Positions 16,433-25,782 of a stretch of DNA of 35,517 nt are shown piece by piece; positions within the stretch are counted from its first letter, which is position 1, and each line of letters opens with the position of its first letter. The stretch is from a virus (taxonomy: Duplodnaviria; Caudoviricetes). The stretch covers positions 1 through 35,517 of the IMG/VR virus record IMGVR_UViG_3300037465_000689; one strand, 5' to 3'. Made by a program: the position numbers and the translations under genes. Under the pieces are notes generated by a model. It had not been told where the DNA came from. It made no database searches and saw nothing but the letters and a program-made list of their open reading frames with translations.

Positions 16433-16639
16433 ATGGCCACGAAAGGCATCTACGTGGGCAAGCACGCCACCACGATCGGCGCGCGGACCTACAAGCCCAA
16501 AGAAGTGTTCGAGTGCGACGCGGCGGAACTGCAGCGGCTCTGCGCGCAGCACGGCGGCTTCACCACCTACAACCCGGAGGTCCACGATGCCTCGAACCCG
16601 GCGGACGAGGCGCCGGCCGGCGAGCAGCCCTCCGCCTGA
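16433..16639 (+). CDS. Small head-associated hypothetical protein
   Basis: AAGGAGG RBS; position after the capsid gene. Confidence 0.7.
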   Translation: MATKGIYVGKHATTIGARTYKPKEVFECDAAELQRLCAQHGGFTTYNPEVHDASNPADEAPAGEQPSA

Positions 16640-16749
16640 GGCGGACGAGGGGGAGGCGCGGGAGGCCGCGCGAACCCCTCGGAGGCCGAAGGGGCTCCGC
16701 TCGCCCTGCGACAAGCAGTACCGGGCCGGCCTGACGAAATGAGGCACTG

Positions 16750-17112
16750 ATGCCACTCCAACCACGCGCCATGCAAGATGCGCTGAATCCTCGCTCGCTG
16801 GTGCTGCAAGCCTCGGGGGCCCAGATGGTCTCCGGGAACACGGCGGCCATCGAATGCTACGGCAAGGAGCTGACCGTCACCCTCGACGTCACGGCGGCCG
16901 GCGGCACCTCGCCCACGCTCGATGTGAAATTGCAGCACTCCCCGGACGGCGGCAAATGGTCGGACCTGGGGACGGCGTTCGCGCAGAAGACCGGGGTCAG
17001 CCGCGAGGTCAAGGCGTTCACGCAGCTGCACGGGTATCTCCGAGTTGTCTGGACGATCGGCGGGACGGGCCCGAGCTTCACGTTCTCGGTGGAGGCGACG
17101 GAGCGACAGTAG
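16750..17112 (+). CDS. Putative virion/decoration protein (beta-sandwich)
   Basis: LDVTAAGGTSPTLDVKLQHSPDG..W...YLRV pattern common in head-region genes. Confidence 0.6.
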   Translation: MPLQPRAMQDALNPRSLVLQASGAQMVSGNTAAIECYGKELTVTLDVTAAGGTSPTLDVKLQHSPDGGKWSDLGTAFAQKTGVSREVKAFTQLHGYLRVVWTIGGTGPSFTFSVEATERQ

Positions 17113-17125
17113 AGCAAATACGGCG

Positions 17126-17689
17126 ATGGCGGAGCTCGTGCCCCTGGATCGGCTCAAGACGTACCTGGAGATCGCGGCCACCGACACGGGCCAGGATGTG
17201 CTGCTGCAGGACCTCAATACGCGCCTGAGCGCGTGGGTCGAGCAGTACTGCGACCGGCGGTTCGCCAAGGCCACGTACACGGAGCAGCAGGACGGCGACG
17301 GTACGGACGTCGTGGTTGTGACGCACTGGCCGATGATCAGCGTCGCCAGCCTCTACGACGATACGGACCGGGCGTTCGGCGCCGGCACGCTGATCGCGCC
17401 GGCCGACTACGTCATCTACAAGGACGAGGGGCGGATCCAGCTCGACGGCCTGACCTTCTCGCGCGGGCTGCAGAACGTGAGGGTGACCTACGACGCCGGC
17501 TACGCGGAGATCCCGCCGGATCTGCAGCAGGCGGTGTGCGAGCTCATCGCGGACCGGTTCCGGAACAAGGAGCACCAGGGGCTGCGGAGCCTGTCGATCG
17601 GCGCGTACAGCGTCGGCTTCACCGACGCGGAGCTGCCGGAGGAGGTGCGGGCCATCCTCGACAGCTACCGGCGGATCCGGGTGGCGTGA
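17126..17689 (+). CDS. Head-tail connector (gp6-like)
   Basis: L..LK.YL, D.LL, E.YC.R.F, V.Y.AGY..IP.DL..A, V..ILDSYR. Confidence 0.85.
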   Translation: MAELVPLDRLKTYLEIAATDTGQDVLLQDLNTRLSAWVEQYCDRRFAKATYTEQQDGDGTDVVVVTHWPMISVASLYDDTDRAFGAGTLIAPADYVIYKDEGRIQLDGLTFSRGLQNVRVTYDAGYAEIPPDLQQAVCELIADRFRNKEHQGLRSLSIGAYSVGFTDAELPEEVRAILDSYRRIRVA

Positions 17690-18018
17690 TGGCGCAGGGG
17701 CTGCCGAACGCGCTGCTGATTCACAGCGTGACGATCCTCCGCCCGGTGCGGTCCATGGCGGCCGGCACCAAGCAGCCCATCGTGACGGAGACGGCGCAGG
17801 CCACCGGGGTCAAGGCGCGGATCGAGCCGCTCTCCGGCGGGCTGCGGGAGACGGTGCTCGGCCGGCTGCCGGAGGCGACGCACCGGCTGTTCACGAACCA
17901 CCAGGACATCAAGGTGAACGACGTGATCCAACGAGGGACGCAGAAGTACCTCGTGCGCGAGGTGGGCGATTTCTTCGACCATCATCTCGAGGCGATCCTG
18001 GAGCAGAAGAACGACTGA
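17689..18018 (+). CDS. Head closure/adaptor protein
   Basis: Synteny, size and beta-rich pattern (DIKVND...KYLV...HHLE). Confidence 0.7.
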   Translation: MAQGLPNALLIHSVTILRPVRSMAAGTKQPIVTETAQATGVKARIEPLSGGLRETVLGRLPEATHRLFTNHQDIKVNDVIQRGTQKYLVREVGDFFDHHLEAILEQKND

Positions 18019-18590
18019 TGGCCGGCGTGGGATTCAAGATTGTCATCGAGGGGCTTGAGCGGTTCCGCCAGGCCCGCCTGGAGCAGGCCCAGGGCCGGAT
18101 CCGGCGCGGGATCGCCACCGCGCTCGAGACCGCGGTGCATCTCGTGCGGCGCGACGCGGTCCTCAACGCGCCGCATGTGAGCGGCCGGCTGCGCTCCAGC
18201 ATCCGCGGGCGGGTGGAGCACAGCGCGCTGCTCGGGGGCAGCTTCGGCGTCGTCGGCTCGAACGTCGTCTACGCGCGAATCCAGGAGCTCGGCGGGGTCA
18301 TCAAGGCGCGCCATGCAAAGTACCTGACGATTCCGCTCTCCGGCGCCAAGACCAAGGCCGGCGTGGTCCGCGGCAGCGCCCGCTCCTTCCCGGACACCTT
18401 CGTGATGCGCTCGCGCAGCGGGGATCTGCTCATCGTGCAGCGTCGAGGACAGGGGGTGCTGCCGCTGTTCGTTCTCAAGCCGGAGATCACCATTCGCGGC
18501 AAGCACTACCTCGAGCGCGGGCTTGAGCAAAACCGCGCGGCGATCCGCTCGCTCTTCGGCCGCGAAGTCAAGGCGGCCCTGGAGGCCTGA
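18018..18590 (+). CDS. HK97 gp10-like tail completion protein
   Basis: AP..SG.LRSSI, VGSNVVYARIQELGG, HYLERG. Confidence 0.8.
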   Translation: MAGVGFKIVIEGLERFRQARLEQAQGRIRRGIATALETAVHLVRRDAVLNAPHVSGRLRSSIRGRVEHSALLGGSFGVVGSNVVYARIQELGGVIKARHAKYLTIPLSGAKTKAGVVRGSARSFPDTFVMRSRSGDLLIVQRRGQGVLPLFVLKPEITIRGKHYLERGLEQNRAAIRSLFGREVKAALEA

Positions 18591-19090
18591 TGGCGCAGCG
18601 GCTCCACACCAACGAGATCCTCGACCGGCTCATCAGCCTGATCGACGCGAACCTGAGCCCGGCCCAGCCGGCCGGCTTGGGCCTGAAGACCATCGCCAAG
18701 GGCGATACGGCGTTCTATGCGGGCAAGGAGGGGCTGACGGTGGAGCTGCCGGCGGTGTTCATCAAGCCGTTTCCGACGACGGAGCTGAGCTTCGCCGCGA
18801 TCGGCAAGGAGTATCAGGCGATCTACAGGCACCGGCTCGTGTACGTGCGCAACTTCTGCACGACGGAGAAAGTCGTGGAGGAGCAGATCAAGGACACGCA
18901 ACGGATCGTCGAGCTGCTCATCGACCACCTGACCCTGAACGAGCTCGCGCTCTCCAACGCGCAGCTCATCCACAGTCTGCCGACCAGCATCGAGTGGCAA
19001 CCGGAAGAGGATCAGTTCGTCTCCAGCCTCAATCTCTGGATGCTGGCGACGGCCATCACATTCGACGTGACGGTACGAACGCGGAGGTAA
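18590..19090 (+). CDS. Tail terminator-like protein
   Basis: Synteny between gp10-like and tail tube genes; LPAVFI motif. Confidence 0.6.
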   Translation: MAQRLHTNEILDRLISLIDANLSPAQPAGLGLKTIAKGDTAFYAGKEGLTVELPAVFIKPFPTTELSFAAIGKEYQAIYRHRLVYVRNFCTTEKVVEEQIKDTQRIVELLIDHLTLNELALSNAQLIHSLPTSIEWQPEEDQFVSSLNLWMLATAITFDVTVRTRR

Positions 19091-19096
19091 CGAACC

Positions 19097-20068
19097 ATGC
19101 CCACCGGACTCGGTCACAAAGCGTATCTCGGCCTCGGCCAGGAAACCACCTGGGGCACGCCGGTCGCGCGCGCGAAGTTCCTGGAATTGGTCAGCGGCGG
19201 CGACACGCTGGTGGTCAACGAGCAGAAGATCATCAGCCAGGGCGTGCAGGGCATCGGGGTGCGCGGCGACCTGGAGGTCGCCAAGGGGGCGATCTCCGTC
19301 GAAGGATCGCTCACCGTCGAGCACACCTACGATGGCCTGGAAGTGCTGCTCAAGCACGCCTTCGGGGCGGTGACCAGCACGCAGCCCAACGCGGCGGGCG
19401 ACCCGACCGTGTGGTCGCACGTCTTCACGATCGCGGATGCGCTGCCGGCCGGACTCACGATCGAGGTCGCGCGGGATCTCACCGCCTTCATCCACGAGGG
19501 CTGCAAGATCAACGGCCTCGAGTTCTCGGTCGGCGGGCCCGATGAGCTGCTGCGGCTCGTGCTGGAGATCCTCGGCGAGGATGTGGCCACCGGCTCGCCT
19601 ACATCGCCGACGTTTCCGGCGGTCGGCCGCTTCAACGCGCCCGAGGCGGTCCTGAAGTGGAACACCGCCGCGCTGAAGGTCAGCCAATTCAGCATCAAGC
19701 TGGACAACAAGCTGGACGCGGACCGCCGGCAGATCGGCGCGCGGCAGCGGCTCGAGCCCGTCCGCTCCGGCAAGATCGAGGTCACCGGCTCGTTCGTGGC
19801 GGAGTTCGAGGACACGACACTCCTGACCGACTTCCGCAACGCCACCAACCGCGCGCTGCAGGTCAAGTTCACCGGGCCGGCGATCGGCGTCCAGACGCGG
19901 ACCTACGAGATGACCTTGGACTGCAACGTGAGCCAGATCACGGACTACCCGCTCAACGTGGATGACGAGGGCCGGATCACGGTGGAGGTCGCGTTCCGGG
20001 CCTTCCGCAACGCGACGGACAACGAGCTGAAGGTCACGCTGCAGAATCTGACCGCCGGGCCCGTCTGA
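19097..20068 (+). CDS. Major tail tube protein
   Basis: G.ETTWGT, LTIEV, GCKIN.LEFS, FSIKLDN.L, R.G.IEVTG; no sheath gene present. Confidence 0.85.
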   Translation: MPTGLGHKAYLGLGQETTWGTPVARAKFLELVSGGDTLVVNEQKIISQGVQGIGVRGDLEVAKGAISVEGSLTVEHTYDGLEVLLKHAFGAVTSTQPNAAGDPTVWSHVFTIADALPAGLTIEVARDLTAFIHEGCKINGLEFSVGGPDELLRLVLEILGEDVATGSPTSPTFPAVGRFNAPEAVLKWNTAALKVSQFSIKLDNKLDADRRQIGARQRLEPVRSGKIEVTGSFVAEFEDTTLLTDFRNATNRALQVKFTGPAIGVQTRTYEMTLDCNVSQITDYPLNVDDEGRITVEVAFRAFRNATDNELKVTLQNLTAGPV

Positions 20069-20080
20069 CGCGGAAGGCCG

Positions 20081-20275
20081 ATGGCCCGGCTGGTGGTCTA
20101 TGTCAAGCGCATGCGGCCCGGGCACCTGTGCCGGGTCTCGCTGACGAGGACCGGCCGGCAGGCGGTGACGATCTGTTACGAGGATGGCGCCAGGATGCTG
20201 GTCGGCCGTGAGCTGGCGCCGAGCGAGCAGGTCAAGCTGGAGATTGTGTCGAGGGAGCGACGCGAGGAGGAGTGA
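20081..20275 (+). CDS. Hypothetical protein
   Basis: Fills the operon gap; GGAAGG upstream. Confidence 0.55.
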   Translation: MARLVVYVKRMRPGHLCRVSLTRTGRQAVTICYEDGARMLVGRELAPSEQVKLEIVSRERREEE

Positions 20276-20276
20276 C

Positions 20277-20552
20277 ATGCGGATCGAGATCGAGACGGAC
20301 GGCAGCGCCGAGCATACCAGGGTTTGGCTCAACGGCCGGCTGCAGGAGGCGGTCGTCGAGCTGGACTTCACCTTCAGCCGGCTGCGCGCCGGGCGCGGCG
20401 GCCGCGGCAAGCCCTGCCTGCACCTGGTGACGACACGGCCGGGCCAGCCGGACCGGATCGACGCCTTCAGCCGGTACTTCGGCAACGACTTCCTGAAATT
20501 CGACCAGTACTTTCCTGCGGAGCCGGCCGCAATCCCAGGGGGTGTCTCATGA
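20277..20552 (+). CDS. Hypothetical protein
   Basis: GAGGAG RBS; MRIEIETDG...; ATGA-coupled to the chaperone. Confidence 0.6.
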   Translation: MRIEIETDGSAEHTRVWLNGRLQEAVVELDFTFSRLRAGRGGRGKPCLHLVTTRPGQPDRIDAFSRYFGNDFLKFDQYFPAEPAAIPGGVS

Positions 20553-20944
20553 GCGAGCTCTCGACGATGACCGGCGAGGCGTTCCGGACCGTCACGGCGT
20601 CGGATGGGCGGAGCTTCCGGCTCTATCCGCTGCGGCTCTCCGACATCAGCCAGCTGCAGGAGAAGGTCGGCAAGTCCTCGAGCTGGAACACCCCCGAAGT
20701 GCAGGCGAAGTTCCAGGACATCGACACGATCGCGTTCATCATCTGGCTGGGCATCCGCCGCAACCAGGAGGCGCAGGGGCTGAAGCCGGAGGAGGTCGCG
20801 GACCTCTTCGAGTTCAACCAGGCGACGCAAATCATCCAGCAGCTCATGGAGGCCTCAGGCTTGTCGCCAAAAAATCTCCCCGGAGCGGCGGGAACGGCCC
20901 CGGCCGCTCCGGCAACTGGGCAGCCGTCTGGCTCGACGCCATGA
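20549..20944 (+). CDS. Tail assembly chaperone (gpG-like)
   Basis: Upstream of the tape measure gene; ends ...PKN... at a slippery site. Confidence 0.8.
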   Translation: MSELSTMTGEAFRTVTASDGRSFRLYPLRLSDISQLQEKVGKSSSWNTPEVQAKFQDIDTIAFIIWLGIRRNQEAQGLKPEEVADLFEFNQATQIIQQLMEASGLSPKNLPGAAGTAPAAPATGQPSGSTP

Positions 20945-21096
20945 AGCTCGGCATTCCGCCCAGCGAGATCCCGCAGCTCACCCTGCCGGCGCTGCAGGCG
21001 CTGTTTGACGAGGCGAACCTCCGGCGCAGCCGGATGCTCAACCGGGCCAAGCAAGCCAAGGCGATGGGCGTCATCGATTACGCGGCATTGGGGTAA
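20549..21096 (+). CDS. Tail assembly chaperone, -1 frameshifted long form (gpGT-like)
   Basis: A AAA AAT at 20869-20875; the -1 frame is open to 21096 and contains LGIPPSEI..LT...L. Confidence 0.75.
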
Positions 21097-21101
21097 GGCG
21101 C

Positions 21102-23234
21102 ATGGCTGACACGGTCCGGGTCGTCATCGAAGGCGTGGATGCGGCCTCGAGTGTCCTGGCCGGGATCCGCAAGGAGACCGACCAGCTCAACCGCTCCCTG
21201 CGCCAGGTCGGGCTCGCCATGGCGGCGGCCGGGGCCGCGATCACCGGCGTCTTGGGCCTGGCGGTCAAGGCGGCCGCGGAGCAGGAACAGGCGACGGAGA
21301 CGCTGGCCGTCGCCATGAAGACCGTTGGCACCTTCACCCAGGAAGCCCTGGAGCGGCAGCTCGAGTTCGCCGGCGCCCTGCAGCGCGCGACGATCTTCGC
21401 CGATGACCAGATCACCCGCATGCAGGCGCTGCTCGTCAACCTCGCCCATCTCTCCGGGCCCGGACTTGAGCAAGCGACGCAGGCGACGCTCGGCTTTGCG
21501 GCGGTCCTTGGGATCGACCTGGACGCGGCTGCGCGCCAAGTCGCCCAAGTGATCAACGGCGCTTCGACCTCGGTCGGGCGCTTCAGCCTGGACCTGAAGG
21601 AAGGCGCGACCACGCTGGATCGGTTCAACGCGGTCATCGAGACCGGCACGGGCTTCATGCGGACCGCGGAGGCGCAGGCGGCCACGTTCGGCGGCCGGCT
21701 GCAGCAGTTCCGCAATCAGCTCAGCGACCTGGGGGAGTCCATCGGGGTGACCCTGCTGCCGGCGCTGACGAACCTGCTCAAGACCGCCACCCAGCTCATC
21801 GACCGCTTCAACGCCTTCGCCGCGGCCCATCCGAAGCTCACCAGCGCCCTGGTCCAGCTCACGGCCGCTGTCGCCGCCTTCGCCTTGGTGGTGGCCCCGA
21901 TCCTGACCTCCTTCGGCGCGCTGGCCCGGCTGTTTCAGGCGATCTGGCCGGTGATCGCGGCGGTGGCGGTCGAGCTCGGGCCCCTGCTGGCGGCCTTGGC
22001 CGTGCTGCTCCTGTTGATCCAGAAGCTGGATCCAGGCTTCACCGTCCTCATCGGCACCATCGATGCGTTCATCAGTACGCTGCAGTTGCTGGGCCAGATC
22101 ATCATCGGCGTGGTGGTGACGGCGGTGGACCTGCTCGCCCGCAAAGTCGAGCAGACACTCCAGCTCTTCGCCCTGCTGCCAGGGAAGTTCGGCGAGCCGT
22201 TCCGCGCCGCACTCGAGCACGTGCGAGCCTTCCGCGAGGAGATGGATCTGCTGGTGCGCGCCTCCGGCGCCGCCATCGGCGGGGCGGCCGGAGGGATCCC
22301 CGGGGCGTTCGAGGGCCAGGGGCCGCTGGCCGGGGCGATCCAGCAATTCGGCGCCGTGATCAGCCGGCCGGCCGCCGGGGCGGTGGCGCCCGAGGCAGGC
22401 GGAGTCGGCGGGCCGGCGCAGGGCTTCCAGACGCAGCTGCAGGAGCTGCAGAAGACGTTCGATGAGCTGACGGTCAAGTCGCAGGAGTCCTTCACCATCA
22501 TGCAGCAGGGGCTGCTGGGCTTCGGCGAGGGCATCGTCCGCTTCCTGGAGCAGATGAAGACCAAATGGGGCGAGCACTGGACGACCCTGCGCGGCTTCGT
22601 GACGAACTTCACGACCACCGCGGCCAACGCCATCGCCGCGAACCTCGGCCAGGCCATCGGGGACATCATCCTCGGCACGCAGTCGGCCAGCGACGCGTTC
22701 AAGGAGCTCGGCCGCGCCATCATCGAGGCGATCGTGCGCTTCATCGCGGAGTACGCGGCCCAGCTGCTGGTCGCCAAAGCGCTCTCGCTCGTCTTCAGGA
22801 GCTTCATCACCTCGACGGCGATCCAGATCGCGGATGCCTGGCTGCCGGCCGCGGTCCTGGCGACGATCGCCACGCTGGGCGCGGCCGCGGTGCAAGCCCC
22901 CTTCACCATCACCGGAGCCCTCGGCGTCACGAAGGGGGCGCTGGCGGCCTTCATCCAAGGCTTCGGAGCCGGCGGCGGCAACGTCCCGCAGCTGGCCCAA
23001 GGCGGCCTGGTGACCCGGCCGACGCTGGCGCTGCTCGGCGAGGCGGGCCCGGAGGCGGTGGTTCCGCTCGACAAAGCGGTCGGGGGTGTGGGTGCCACGA
23101 CCATCTCCATCACGATCGACAAGGCCGAGCTGACCAGCCCGGAGAACATCGATCAGTTCGCGGAGGCGCTGACCGCGCGGATCGGCCGGCTCATGGAGAT
23201 CCGCAACATGATGCCCGCGGGAGCGCAACTCTGA
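21102..23234 (+). CDS. Tape measure protein (710 aa)
   Basis: I.GVD.AS N-terminus, Ala/Leu-rich helical repeats, C-terminal LAQGGLVTRPTLALLGEAGPEAVVPL. Confidence 0.92.
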   Translation: MADTVRVVIEGVDAASSVLAGIRKETDQLNRSLRQVGLAMAAAGAAITGVLGLAVKAAAEQEQATETLAVAMKTVGTFTQEALERQLEFAGALQRATIFADDQITRMQALLVNLAHLSGPGLEQATQATLGFAAVLGIDLDAAARQVAQVINGASTSVGRFSLDLKEGATTLDRFNAVIETGTGFMRTAEAQAATFGGRLQQFRNQLSDLGESIGVTLLPALTNLLKTATQLIDRFNAFAAAHPKLTSALVQLTAAVAAFALVVAPILTSFGALARLFQAIWPVIAAVAVELGPLLAALAVLLLLIQKLDPGFTVLIGTIDAFISTLQLLGQIIIGVVVTAVDLLARKVEQTLQLFALLPGKFGEPFRAALEHVRAFREEMDLLVRASGAAIGGAAGGIPGAFEGQGPLAGAIQQFGAVISRPAAGAVAPEAGGVGGPAQGFQTQLQELQKTFDELTVKSQESFTIMQQGLLGFGEGIVRFLEQMKTKWGEHWTTLRGFVTNFTTTAANAIAANLGQAIGDIILGTQSASDAFKELGRAIIEAIVRFIAEYAAQLLVAKALSLVFRSFITSTAIQIADAWLPAAVLATIATLGAAAVQAPFTITGALGVTKGALAAFIQGFGAGGGNVPQLAQGGLVTRPTLALLGEAGPEAVVPLDKAVGGVGATTISITIDKAELTSPENIDQFAEALTARIGRLMEIRNMMPAGAQL

Positions 23235-23974
23235 TGGCGGTCCAGATCGCGTTCGGCGGCTACGCCTTCGGCAGCTCGGTGGAGCGCTACGCCGTGACCC
23301 AGAAGCCGCGCGCCAAGCAGATCGTCGTGCCACGCCGTGATGGCGTGCGGATGGACATCCCGCCGCTGGGGCCGCTGGAGATCCGCCTCAGCGGGCGGAT
23401 CATCGACACCACGCCAACCGGCCTGCGCGGCCAGTTCGACAGCCTGAAGGCAGCACTCCTCAAGAAGCGGGATCGGCTCACGCTCTTCGATGACCGCTTC
23501 GTCGACGCCCTGCTGGCCAGCTACGGGGATGACTTCGTGGCCGGCTCCGCGATGCTCGCGGCCCGCTACGATCTCACCTTCATCGGCGAGCTGCCATTCC
23601 TGCAGTCGGTCGCGCTCAACAGCAACAGCCAGACCGCGTCCGTCTCGCCGCACAGCTGGTCGGTCACCGCGGGTGGGAGCGTCCGCACCCGGCCGACGAT
23701 CCGCATCACCAACAACAGCGGCGGCAGCATCGCCAACAACGTCAAGATCGAGAACCTCACCCTCGGCAAAGCGCTCGTCTTCACCGGGACGCTGGCAGCC
23801 GGCCGGACCCTGGTCATGGATATGCAGGCCCGGACGATTACCAACGACAACGTCGAGGATTTGACCAACTGGCAAGGAGAGTTCTGGGAGCTGGAGGTCG
23901 GAGGCAATTCACTCAAATACACCGGCGGCGTCTCCGTGGGGATTCTCACGGAATGGCGCGATCGGTGGGTATAG
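23234..23974 (+). CDS. Distal tail (Dit-like) protein
   Basis: Follows the TMP; VPRRDG, P.I.I, L.AG..LV.D, L..G.N.L.Y, W.DRW. Confidence 0.75.
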   Translation: MAVQIAFGGYAFGSSVERYAVTQKPRAKQIVVPRRDGVRMDIPPLGPLEIRLSGRIIDTTPTGLRGQFDSLKAALLKKRDRLTLFDDRFVDALLASYGDDFVAGSAMLAARYDLTFIGELPFLQSVALNSNSQTASVSPHSWSVTAGGSVRTRPTIRITNNSGGSIANNVKIENLTLGKALVFTGTLAAGRTLVMDMQARTITNDNVEDLTNWQGEFWELEVGGNSLKYTGGVSVGILTEWRDRWV

Positions 23975-23992
23975 CAGGCAGGAGGAGAACCA

Positions 23993-24976
23993 ATGCCAAT
24001 TGATGCGCGGGACCTGGTGATCTACGGCTCGGCCACGATGCCGGATGACGACACGGTCAACAACATCGGCGGCGCGATCGACACCGCGAAGAAGGTCGTC
24101 TTCAAGGACGTCGATCCGGCCGGCAACGTGCAGATCGTCTCCAGCGCGGTGGGGGATACGACGCAAAGCGTGACCGTCACCGGCCGGGACGCGGGCGGGG
24201 CGATCATCAGCGAGGCGAAGACGCTCAACGGCCAGACCGCGGTGGCGATGACCACGAATACGACCTGGGAGCGGCTGCTCAAGGCGGTCAAGTCCGCGAC
24301 CGCGACGGGCGACGTGGCGGTCGAGGCGGCGACCGCGGAGCGGACCGGCACGGCGCAGGCGGGGGCGGCAGATACCATCACGCTGGACGCGGGAGCCAGC
24401 GGGGTCGATGACGCTTACACGGGGATGGTGATTCGGCTGACCGGCGGCACGGGCGCCGGGCAGATCCGGGAGATCACCAAGTATGTGGGCGCGACCAAAG
24501 TCGCCACGGTCAGCCGGGCATGGGGCACGAACCCGGACGCGACCTCGACCTTCCGCGTCTCGGAGGGCATGGTCTTCGACAAGAGCCCGAACGAAGTGAC
24601 GCAGGTGCGGAGGGTCTTCTACAACGCCTCCGCCCCGACCAGCGGCACCCGGAAGTACTACGAGAAGGTCTTCTATCGCAACAATCACGGCACGCTGACG
24701 CTGACCTCCGCGCAGGTCATCGAGCAGGCGGATCCCACCGGCAAGGTCGCCTTCGGGCTGCCCGCGACCAAGAACGACACCGGCGGCACCGGCGCCGGCA
24801 ACAATCGGCAGGTCGCGCCCTCCGGCATCACCTTCGACAGCGCGGCCAAGAACGTCCCCGGCACGACCCTGGAGGCGGCCAGCGCCATCGGGGTGTGGCT
24901 GGAGCTGTCCCTAGCGGCCGGGGATACGCCGCTGGATAGCAGCGTCACCATGCGGCTGACCGGCAACACCGTGTAA
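23993..24976 (+). CDS. Putative virion structural protein
   Basis: AGGAG RBS; Gly/Thr/Ala-rich; internal DDAYTG..I..TGGTGAGQ.R.I..Y module; IGVWL C-terminus. Confidence 0.65.
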   Translation: MPIDARDLVIYGSATMPDDDTVNNIGGAIDTAKKVVFKDVDPAGNVQIVSSAVGDTTQSVTVTGRDAGGAIISEAKTLNGQTAVAMTTNTTWERLLKAVKSATATGDVAVEAATAERTGTAQAGAADTITLDAGASGVDDAYTGMVIRLTGGTGAGQIREITKYVGATKVATVSRAWGTNPDATSTFRVSEGMVFDKSPNEVTQVRRVFYNASAPTSGTRKYYEKVFYRNNHGTLTLTSAQVIEQADPTGKVAFGLPATKNDTGGTGAGNNRQVAPSGITFDSAAKNVPGTTLEAASAIGVWLELSLAAGDTPLDSSVTMRLTGNTV

Positions 24977-25003
24977 ACGCAAGCCGAGAAGGAGGAACCA
25001 CCC

Positions 25004-25438
25004 ATGCGAGTCTACACGGTGAACCGGAAGAACGTCACCCCCACGGTCGGCAACGACCTCATGACGATCGTCGCCCCCGCCACCAGCGTGATCCGCATCA
25101 AGCGGATCCGCGCGAGCGGGGAGGCGGCGGCCTCGACCGTCATGCGGACGATCATCCAACGCTCCACGGGCGGGGCGACGGGCGGCGGAGCGCTCACGCC
25201 TGAGAAGGCGAACACCAGCGATCCGGCCGCCAGCTCGACGGTCAACACGACGTGGGGAACACAGCCCACGTTGTCAGGCAGCCCCCTCTATAACGAGGGC
25301 TGGAACGCTTTCGGCGGCGGCTTTGATCTGACGCTGGATGGGCGCGAGATTTACCTGGTCAACTCCGAGCAGCTGTCCATCCGGGCTGATGCTGGAACGG
25401 GCGTCATGGATGTGGAAGTCGAATTCGAGGAGCTCTGA
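25004..25438 (+). CDS. Putative virion protein
   Basis: AGGAGG RBS; beta-rich; within the tail operon. Confidence 0.65.
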   Translation: MRVYTVNRKNVTPTVGNDLMTIVAPATSVIRIKRIRASGEAAASTVMRTIIQRSTGGATGGGALTPEKANTSDPAASSTVNTTWGTQPTLSGSPLYNEGWNAFGGGFDLTLDGREIYLVNSEQLSIRADAGTGVMDVEVEFEEL

Positions 25439-25782
25439 TGCCGCAGTGGGCGATCGTGCACGCCACGACGAGGGTGATCCGGCGGGTCACGACTGACCCC
25501 GACCATTCGATTACTGCTGATGAGGCGAGGGTAGAGATCGTCGGGTCGCCACTTGATCTGGCAGGCGGGCCATGGAGGCTCGCGGCAGACAACCAGACGA
25601 AACTCGCGCCGACACAGCAGGAGATCGATGATGCTGACGTGGATGAAGCGCGAGTCGCGCTCAAACTGCAACAGCGGAACACGGCCTACCTGAACGCGTT
25701 GGACACTCTCATCAACGACGCGCTGACTCCCCCCAAGCTCAAGGCGCTGTTCCAGGCGATGAGGAATCTCCGGAGCTCGTGA
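25438..25782 (+). CDS. Hypothetical (possible fibre chaperone)
   Basis: Coupled ORF; beta N-terminus and helical C-terminus. Confidence 0.55.
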   Translation: MPQWAIVHATTRVIRRVTTDPDHSITADEARVEIVGSPLDLAGGPWRLAADNQTKLAPTQQEIDDADVDEARVALKLQQRNTAYLNALDTLINDALTPPKLKALFQAMRNLRSS

